A DNA stretch of 64,000 nucleotides from Entomortierella parvispora E1425 (lineage: Eukaryota > Fungi > Mortierellomycota), in NCBI GenBank assembly GCA_020891255.1, contig BQFW01000009.1, positions 1,798,001 to 1,862,000 of the forward strand, written 5' to 3'. Every line of letters begins with the position of its first letter. The first letter of the stretch is position 1. This document shows, piece after piece, positions 55,573 to 64,000 of this stretch. A program made the translations under genes and the position numbers. The notes beneath the pieces were generated by a model, which saw only the letters and a program-made list of their open reading frames with translations, did no database searches and was not told where the DNA came from.

Positions 55573-57859
55573 ATGGTCAAGCGTGCTTCACCATCGCTGA
55601 TCTCCTTTGTCACTTTCGTTTTTTTTCTGAGCGCAGCGCTCTCTGGCCGCTCTATAGTCGTTTCTGGTTCTGTGATCAGCGCCAACACGGCCTCGTCGAC
55701 CAACTTTGAGCTTCAAACAAACTTGGTCACATGCGGAACCGAAGAAGGAGCCCCGGCAGCACCGCCTTCAGAAGACTCGGCCACTGCTAATAGTGCGGCT
55801 GCGGCGGTGGCTAAAATGAGCGTTGCTGTTTGTTCTCCACCCGAGTCCAAACTCTTTGGGAACGTTCAAATAGTCAACGGTACACCGCACCCTGGCCCTA
55901 CTGGTGTCCGAGTAAGTTGTTTCCCAAAATATATGATCTCGTCCATTGGTTGAGTTTGTCTTAACATACATATTCCATCCATGTTTGTTTGTTTTTTTGT
56001 AGGGGCGTCTTTATGATGTGGGGACTTTGTGCGACGCCAAAGTCTCCGAGAAGATTGATCGAGCCTGGGTGGCGTTCCTCGACTGCTCTGGTTGCTCCCT
56101 TGCTACAAAACTTGCCAACCTCGAGAGTTCTAACCCCCAGGCCATTCTGATCTACAACCAAACTTCATGCGTCTTCCCTGCGCCACAGGCTCCCGCACCA
56201 GTACCTGCACCTTCACCTTCACCTACACCTTCACCTGCACCTTCACCTGCACCCGCACCTGAACCCAGGCCTCCTGCGACGTCTTCTATTGAGTCAGCTC
56301 CTGCCGCGCCTGTGGAAACCGAACCTGTGGAAAAGACGCCTGCGCCTCCACCTAAGAGTGGTGAAGGAAATGGGGATAATGGTGACCAGGGCAGTGGGGA
56401 TGGAGATGATGATGGGGACAACGATGATGATGAGGACTCTACAAAGCATCCCAAACACAGCAACCGTCGACGCTCTCTTGAAGCTCAAGAATCAGATGGC
56501 TATGTTCATTCGCCAAGGACACAACCTCGCCCCCATCCGATATCTGAGCTTGAGTACCCTAGAGGAGTGGTTGACGATGCCAGATATGTCCATTCACCCA
56601 GACCCAGGCCCCGTCCTCACCCTATTGTAAGCCGCCGTTCTTTCCTCAAGACCAACGCGGAGAGTGTCAATGGCGCAACAGCAATCGGATCCTCCAGGGC
56701 TGCTGATCTCTCCCAGGCGACGATCAAGTTTGGTACCACCGTCGCCATGGTCGAATCCTTGGCTGTTGATTATCTCTTCAAAATTCTTCTTGGCCCTGCT
56801 TCGTATGCCCCCATCCCAACAGCCCTTCGGGCACTCAAGACTATTGCTCAACAGAACGATCCTAACACCAACCCCTCTCTTGGCACCAAAGGCTCCTCTT
56901 CTTCCAACTCCATTACCGATCTCATGGTCAGCATCTCACCCTCAAACAATGGCGAGTCGTCGTCTTCGGAACCAAAGTTCCTGTCCATGTCAAAGCCCAT
57001 TTTTGGCGCCGTTATTGGTGTCATTGCAGCTGTTGTTTGCGCGGCCGTGTTAGGATGGGTGGTTCGCCCAATGTACTTGCGACGCCGACAAAAGAATGAG
57101 GATCGGATTGAGGAACTGGAGCAAAGCAACAACCATGGTGGCAATGAAGACGGTGGATATTTCGCGGCAGGAGACGTAGGAGCAGTGGACAGGGAGCCCA
57201 AATTGGACCCAGAACAGTTTTATGATAACCAGCAACAGCAACAGCTCAGTCACCAGTACCAGCAAGCTACATCGTCGGGTTTCTGTGAGGTTCCTGTCAT
57301 GCCTACACTAGTGTCAGCCAGACCGCACGGCGCCAAGAACGACATATTCACGCCTGTTGAGACAGAGAAACTCCACTTTCAGGATGAGAACGACAACAAC
57401 ACAGCACCTGAGACAGACAGCATGTCCATAGTCCAAGCCCGAACAAACGTCCCAATGTCCAATGCAACAGCGGACCACGATATTAGCAACGACGATGCAA
57501 AACTAGCACAGCAGCAGCTCCGGCGATTACGTCAACAGCAGGCATCTGTGGAAACAACTGAACCTGACCCTCGACGAGCAAGTCTCTCTTCGGACGGATC
57601 AGAATCGGTCATGCCTGCATGGAGGAGACACCGAGACGGGCAACGGTCTGTGTCTTCGATTTCAGTCACGTCTACACAGGCCACATCCACACCTGTAACC
57701 AGACTTCCACTATCCCAAGCGGAGGATCAAAGATCGTTCGAGATGAATGAATGGGAAGAGGAGCCTTCACCTGTTTCTCGAGTAAGTATAGATAGTGGAC
57801 GTAGGGGAGGCGATCTATTCAATGCTCCAAGCCTTAGGCGCAACCGTTTCCAATCATAG
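55573..57859 (+). CDS. Type I membrane protein with signal peptide, PA (protease-associated)-like domain, Pro-rich stalk, one TM helix and disordered tail
   Basis: Hydrophobic N-terminus LISFVTFVFFLSAALSG; intron 55912-56002; PA-like GRLYDVGTLC...WVAFLDCSGCSLATKLANLESSNPQAILIYN; TM PIFGAVIGVIAAVVCAAVLGWVV followed by YLRRRQK; no RING motif. Confidence 0.7.
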
Positions 57860-57979
57860 ATGCTGTTACAACAAACGTGGCCGATTGCTCGACCGTTTAT
57901 TACTGGTTGAATGTAATTCATGACAATAAAAGTATCATGCAGAAAACAATGAACCGAAGAGGAAGCGTGGTCCCCACTT

Positions 57980-59570
57980 TTACTTGAAGACTTTGCCATC
58001 CTTGATGGGCTTGCCGTCAATAACACCCTCCCAGGCAAAGACTTGGTTGATCTTCTGTCTGTTTTCCTCGTCCACATTGATCTTGACCCAGTTGTACGAG
58101 TCGTAATCCGCTGCATCGGTGATCTCCTCGATCATCTCCTCTGGGTTGGAGCGAACAATGAAGTATCCAGTGATAATGTTGGCATTGTCCTCACCTGCAA
58201 CAACCAAGCATCCGAAAGCGTACTTGCGAGCGCGCTCCAAACGGTTCATCAAGCCACCTGCCAAGTTGTTGGACATGTACAGTTTGGTCAACTCGTCATT
58301 GTACTTGTAGTCAACCTTCCAGATCGAGTAGTCCTTGGTCAAATCGATGTTCTCCCACAGCCACTTCATGGCCACCGGGGTGTCGTTGTTGGAGTACTGG
58401 CGCTTCCACTCATCCAGAGGCATCTTGGCAGCAGGCAAAAGATCCAACTTCGACTTTGGTTTGGGTGCATCCTGGAAAACCTCCTCTTCCTCCTCGTCAT
58501 CCTTCTTCTTGGTTTTTTTCTCCTCTTTGGCAGCGGCCTTGGGCTTTTCGGCAGCCTTGGGCTTTTCCTCCTTGGTCTTCTTGGGAGGGGTGAACTTGAG
58601 GGGGGTCTCACACAGGGTGAATGGGCCAGCAACAGCCTTGAATTTGGGCTGGTTGACGATAGTGGTGAACCAACGAGTAACAGCAGGGTAGCTCTTACGG
58701 AAAGGAGCGTCAAAGACTGACTTGAAGCCGTGGAACAGTGAGATGGCGCTCGAGATATCAGCCAATGTCACGCGTTCGCCAACTAAATAAGTCTTCTTGA
58801 TCAAGTGGCGCTCCAAAGTCGCAAGCTGGGTCTTGACCTTCTCGATTGCAGTGGTCTCCGTAAGCTTGTTGTAAGGGACACGGTCGGGAGCCAAAAGAGG
58901 GAAGACCCATTGACCAAGGGCAGGTGCGATAGAAATGTCGACAAACTGGATCCACTGCTGAATGTGGGCTTCTTCGGCCTTGTTTTTGCCGATCAAGGTC
59001 GAGTTGTCCTTGTAGTGGGCCACTATTTGGTCACGACACAAACATGGATGAGTCATCGGAATACATTTTCTTGCTTTGTTTTGTTTTGAGTGAGGCAAGG
59101 AACGAATACGTCAACAATGAAAGAACTTACAGTAATAGGCGATGGCGCCAGACTCGATAATCAACGTTCCGTCAGTTCCTTCAAACGCAGGGACCTAGCA
59201 AATGCAGCAAGACAGCAAGATGGCTGTGAGTCCGAGAGACTTTTTCAAAGTTGCAGACGAGGCGATATGAAAAGTGGCGATATGAAAAAATGAGCCTTCG
59301 TCCTGGACAACGTACCTGGGACGCGCCAAACTTCTTGATCCATTCAGGGGTCTTGTTGGTGGTACCCATGACAAACTTGTCGTCAACCTTGACCTCGAGA
59401 CCATTGTATTTGGCGACAATGAGGGCCTTGAACACACGGGGGTTCTGGGGATAAGAGTAGATGGTCTAAAATGATATGAAATGCAAGAAAGGAATTGATT
59501 AGAGTTGCGGACATGAACTGGTCTTCATCAGCACAGACCATCCTGGATTTGGCCTTACACCGATGGTCAT
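57980..59570 (-). CDS. EEF1G: Translation elongation factor eEF1B gamma (3 introns)
   Basis: MTIG|TIYSYPQNPRVFKALIVAKYNG, VPAFEGTDG...ESGAIAYY, GST-like domain GERVTLADI, C-domain PLDEWKRQYSN, WKVDYKYNDEL, and GKVFK-stop. Confidence 0.96.
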
Positions 59571-61579
59571 CTTGAGAACTTGAGAGAATTGGATCAAGAA
59601 ATGAAGAGTTGAGAGATGGAGTGGAGAAGGAACAGGAGGAAGGAAAGAGCCCTGTGTTGTATTGTTGTTGTGTCGTCGTGAGAACCACCGGGTGAACACG
59701 ACATCGCAACAGAGAGGTAAATATCACGCCAGAGGGCCGTGCTTGGGCCATATTCTGCAACCCTCTCTAATTGCTCGCTGCTCCAGACCTCTCTTATTGC
59801 ATGCATCTTTTTTTCATTTCCAGTGAGCCACGTGAGAGACAGGTTTTGAGTCAGCCCAATCGGTCTCCAAACTCTGGATCAGGAGCAGGGGAGAGGTGTG
59901 GACTCACTCAGCCTTGTTCTTTGTCCCTACATTGTTTGTTGTCCAACTCAACTCAGCTAGTTGTTCGGAACCCTCTGTTGTCATTATGTCACCGTCAAGG
60001 AAGAAAAAAAAACAGTGGTCAAGATCATGAGCTGATCTGGGCAAAGAAAACAAACCATGCATACATCATTGATCTTTCTCTGTTCAGAGGAAAAAATCCC
60101 GGTCTTTCTCAGCCCTAGTAGAAAGAGGGAAGGAGGAACTCCTGAAAACCCCATGCCTCTTTCTGCAGTGTGGACCCCATTAGTCAAAGATCTAAGGAAA
60201 CGGGGGCTGGATCCATTTCAATCAAAAAGTCCACACCAATCATCTTGTCCACACTTTGATTAGCACGTCGGGTTGCGGGAAATGAGCTGATCCAGAAAGG
60301 AAAGACCAGCAGAGCCAGTACCATAGAAGGAAGCAGGGTAGGATCTGAAGCGGGGTAAAGTTGGTCTTTCATAATCAGAGACGACCATTATTATTCATTT
60401 AGTCAATTGAAGCTGGTTCGGATCCCGGGTCTGGAAAACACATGGCACGATCGGTCTGTGCAAGTAGCGGAACAAAAAATGAACAACAACTGTATTCACA
60501 ACAACAGTGAAAAAAACATCCCAAGTAGATCGGCCCCACATTGAACAAAGGGTCTGAAACATTCAGATTTCCATGCGGTGGTCATCTCTCCTGCTCTCCT
60601 GATGCCCTCCTGCGCCTTCTCCTTCATGGGATTAAGTGAGGGCAAGGGCAAAGAAGCCAGGGTGGGGTGGGAAGAAAGGGTGCATTGTCCAGAAAGGGGT
60701 TCGATCTGCTTCAGTCTACTCTTTTGAACTCTGATCAGGATGAGATGGAGAGGAGAGATTGAGAGAGAAGGGGAGCTGAGGGTGCGACGGCCGTTCTGCA
60801 CGGAAATGAATGGATTAGATTTAGATCGCTTGCTTTCGCCCATTTGGAAGAGAGCACAGGGCAGAGAAGTCAGAAGAGCAACAGGCAGAAGGGCAAGGAT
60901 CGGACAAAAAAAAAAAGAAGCTCTTTTATTTCTTTTCATAGAGTTGCTTTGCCACTTTTGCTCATGGGAGTGAGAGCGGGAGCACAGCGTGGCACAGAAA
61001 CGAGGGCTATTTGGCAAGCAATTGGACAGAAAGACAAGCTCTGCAGTAAACAGCAATATAGTCTGGTGCAGGTATAGTGATGATGATGGCAACGAAGGAA
61101 GGATGAATGATGACGGAGGAGGATATGATGATTATGACTTGCAAAACAAAAACAAGGACCCCAAAAAAGAACAAACAAGGCCTGATCCGATGACTGCAAG
61201 TCCGATCTGTCCGTTCCGCAGAGAGACGAGAGACGCAGAGACGCAGAGACAGAGAGACAGAGAGACGAGACGGCCGGCAGTAACCCAAATGAGTGACGAG
61301 TGAGTGACTTGACTGATACGAATGAATGAAAGATAGAGAAGAGGAAGAGAGAGAGAGAGAGGGCTGATTGACTGGTTGGCTGAGGGACGGGACTGATTGA
61401 CTGACTGGCAGCCAAGCAGCGGCGAGCGAGGGACGAGTGAGACACCACGCTACGCTGCAGAACAAGATGAGTTCTCCCTCGACCAATCACCGCCTGCGCC
61501 CTCCCAGTCCGTCCGTTGAGTGAACCAGCGGGCCCGCCGCAATGGACCCATGCAAAACCTACCGGCAATAAATAGAACT

Positions 61580-62120
61580 TGAAAAGTTCCCCCTGTCTCT
61601 TTTTCCCTTCTTTTCCTTCTTTTTTTTTTTTTTTTTTGATTCTTGTTCATCTCTTTCCTTCATCATCCTTCCCTTTTCCATCCCCATCCCATCCCATCCC
61701 ATCACTCTCCCCGTCCCTCTCTTCATCCCCATCATTCTCTTCATCCATCCGCACCTCCTTCTTGCTCTCTCTTCTCTCTTTCTCTTTGCTGCATCGCCTT
61801 CCCTTCCTATTGCCACACGCACCCCCTCTCCCTTGTTTCTTTTTTATCTCTTCTCTCTCCTGCACTCCACCCCTTCCCTTCCCTTGCCTTCCCTTTCCCC
61901 TTCTCCCTTGCCGTCCTTTTCCTTGTCCTTCCTTTCCCTTGTCGACTCTTTTTATATCTCCCACTCTTGCGTTCGTCAAACTCTTCATCTCCTCTTTCTT
62001 CAACCGCTTCGTTCTGTGCTGTTGTTGAACGTTTCCCTTTCCTTTTGCCTCTTCTCTTCGACTACACCCCCTCTCCGAACTATCGACTCCCCACAGCCTT
62101 ACACAGGCACTTCTTCAATA
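61580..62120 (+). other. Polypyrimidine-rich 5' leader/promoter of the Sel1 gene
   Basis: About 540 nt dominated by C/T; the same architecture precedes several other genes here (12430-13085 on +; 11700-12250, 22400-22620 and 28540-28790 on -). Confidence 0.6.
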
Positions 62121-64000
62121 ATGTCCTCTTCCGCCTCTCACATCCTCCATCGAGGACGCAGCGTCTTCTCAAAACTCAACAAGAAATACAGACTGCCCGC
62201 CTCCGCCACCCTCTCCGCCGCCTCCTCCACCTCATCTATCTGCTCCTTCTCGCCCACGCCCTGCTCACACTCTGCCGATACCTTCCTCTCAGCAGAATCT
62301 CTCCAGTCTGCAGCTGCCACAGCCACACCACAAGACCCCCAGGATGCTGCCAGAGCAATCCAGCTCTTTGAATTGGGTCAGCAACTGCTCTTTGGCCGCC
62401 AGGGTCACAAGGACGAGTCCGCAGCAGTCGAGTACTACCGCCTTTCGGCCCAGCTTGGTCATCTCGAATCCCAGGGAGTCTATGCCTTCTGTCACGAGTT
62501 TGGCTTGGGAGTCGAGGCCAACTACGTCGAGGCTGAGCGTCTCTACATCCTTGCCGCAGAGAAAGGAGACGGTCTCTCTCTTTCCCGCCTCGCCTTCTTG
62601 CGCAAGTATGGCCGCCCTTCCGTCAAGATTGACCGGATCGAGTCAGAATACTGGAGACAAAAGATCAACCAGCAAGGACCCGCCTCTCTGGCCTGGCTCA
62701 TGGAGGCGGCCTCTGTCGACAACCACGGCTGCTGCCAGTTTGCCCTCGGAGTGTGTTATCACGATGGCGTCGGTGTTGAGAAGAACGCCACAGAGGCTGC
62801 TCTCTGGTACAGAAAGTCGGCTGAGCAAGGTAACGCCCGCGGTCAAGGCATCCTTGGCTACTGCTACGCAGAAGGCTTGGGTGTTGAGCGAGACCGCCAA
62901 AAGGCCATGTACTGGTACAGGATTGCAGCATCACAGGGGGAGTCAGTGGCTCTTTACAACATCGGATACTGCTACGAAGATGGTCTCGGCGTCGAACGCA
63001 ACCCGTACGAAGCTGTACGATGGTATCGACTTTCAGCCGAGCAGGGCAACGCTTTTGCCCAGAACTCGCTCGGTTACTGCTACGAGGACGGCGTTGGTAT
63101 CGAACAGAATCAGGAACTGGCTGTCGAATGGTATACAAAGTCAGCGGAGCAGGGATATCCATGGGCAGAATGCAACCTTGGCTACTGCTACCAGAACGGT
63201 ATCGGACTTCCAAGGGACAATGCCAAGGGCGCTTACTGGTACCGCAAGGCCGCTCTCCAAGGTCATGCTCGTGCCCAACACAACCTTGGTTTCTGTTACC
63301 AGAATGGAATTGGCGTCCCCAAGGATCAGGTCGAGGCTGTCAAATGGTACATGAAGTCTGCTGAGCGCGGCAATATCTTTGCGTTTCATTCTCTCGGATA
63401 CTGCTACCAGAACGGAATCGGCGTGACCCAAAACTTGGATGAAGCCGTTTACTGGTACTATCTCTCTGCAGAGGAGAACCACGCCCCCGCTCAACTCTCA
63501 CTCGGGTACTGCTTCCGTAACGGTGTGGGTGTCCCCAAAGAGCCTAAGGAGGCCGTCAAGTGGTTTTACCGGTCTGCGATCCAAGGCAATGCCCTTGCTC
63601 AGAACTCGCTCGGATTCTGCTATGAGGAGGGCGTTGGTGTCGAGAAAAATCGTGAAAAGGCGGTCTTTTGGTACGAGAAATCTGCAGCCCAGAACAACCC
63701 ATGGGCCCAGTGCAATCTCGGGTTCTGCTATGCGAACGAAATTGGTGTTGCTCAAGATTACGAGCTGGCTGTTAAGTACTACTCTTTGGCCGCCGCCCAG
63801 AACCATGCCCGTGCCCAGGACAAGCTTGGAGTATGCCTCCAGCTCGGCCAGGGTATTGCACAGGATGTGAAGCTTGCAGTCAGGTACTTCAGACTCGCGG
63901 CTGAGCAGGGACATCTCGCTGGTCAATATCATCTTGCCAACGCACTTGTAAGTCCATCCCTCTGTCCACCTTGCTTTCATATGATTAATGGACTTAGCAG
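62121..64000 (+). CDS. Sel1-like repeat (SLR) protein, at least 14 repeats; 3'-truncated and absent from the ORF track
   Basis: Open frame from ATG 62121 to donor GTAAGT at 63948, with 36-aa repeats such as AQNSLGYCYEDGVGIEQNQELAVEWYTKSAEQG. The frame has no stop before the window end, which is probably why it was not called. Confidence 0.93.
   Translation, partial: MSSSASHILHRGRSVFSKLNKKYRLPASATLSAASSTSSICSFSPTPCSHSADTFLSAESLQSAAATATPQDPQDAARAIQLFELGQQLLFGRQGHKDESAAVEYYRLSAQLGHLESQGVYAFCHEFGLGVEANYVEAERLYILAAEKGDGLSLSRLAFLRKYGRPSVKIDRIESEYWRQKINQQGPASLAWLMEAASVDNHGCCQFALGVCYHDGVGVEKNATEAALWYRKSAEQGNARGQGILGYCYAEGLGVERDRQKAMYWYRIAASQGESVALYNIGYCYEDGLGVERNPYEAVRWYRLSAEQGNAFAQNSLGYCYEDGVGIEQNQELAVEWYTKSAEQGYPWAECNLGYCYQNGIGLPRDNAKGAYWYRKAALQGHARAQHNLGFCYQNGIGVPKDQVEAVKWYMKSAERGNIFAFHSLGYCYQNGIGVTQNLDEAVYWYYLSAEENHAPAQLSLGYCFRNGVGVPKEPKEAVKWFYRSAIQGNALAQNSLGFCYEEGVGVEKNREKAVFWYEKSAAQNNPWAQCNLGFCYANEIGVAQDYELAVKYYSLAAAQNHARAQDKLGVCLQLGQGIAQDVKLAVRYFRLAAEQGHLAGQYHLANALVSPSLCPPCFHMINGLS

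Noticed and set aside
59020-59560. Intronic box C/D snoRNA (yeast TEF4 hosts snR38)
   Set aside because: A TGATGA occurs in intron 1, but there is no downstream CTGA with a recognisable rRNA-antisense element. A covariance-model search would be needed to overturn this.
62344-63870. Plus-strand ORFs 62344-63354, 63020-63364 and 63439-63870
   Set aside because: They are off-frame overlaps of the real Sel1 frame that starts at 62121.
62121-64000. Sel1 gene as a recent bacterial or endosymbiont insertion
   Set aside because: It has a spliceosomal donor at 63948, a host-type pyrimidine leader, and codon style like its neighbours.

Overview
This is a gene-dense, intron-rich eukaryotic (fungal) chromosome segment. 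The gene content (NAD-dependent L-LDH, sigma-like GSTs, ROCK-like kinase, CAT-type permease, long Sel1 array) and short GT-AG introns point to an early-diverging fungus, most plausibly Mortierellaceae/Mucoromycota (inference). About 17 protein genes were reconstructed by hand-splicing: two tandem ABCC/MRP transporters, a CAT-type amino-acid permease, a Zn2Cys6 factor, ATG22, an LTE1-like RasGEF, two tandem GSTs, a ROCK-like kinase, L-LDH, a YGR210c-type Obg GTPase, the TFIIIC B-block subunit, HMCES/SRAP, a REDIC1/C12orf40-like protein, a PA-domain membrane protein, eEF1B-gamma, and a Sel1-repeat protein that the ORF track misses. I recognised no tRNA, rRNA, CRISPR array or transposon. The most notable observations are: (1) an HMCES/SRAP protein with three UIMs and a C-terminal PIP box; (2) a ROCK-like kinase whose split PH domain encloses two HR1 domains plus C1; (3) a spliced N-terminus resembling the vertebrate meiotic crossover factor REDIC1; (4) B-box motifs inside the TFIIIC subunit gene itself; (5) 18- and 19-nt microexons in ATG22 and a GC-AG intron in the TFIIIC gene. 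Family assignments come from motif recall, not database searches.
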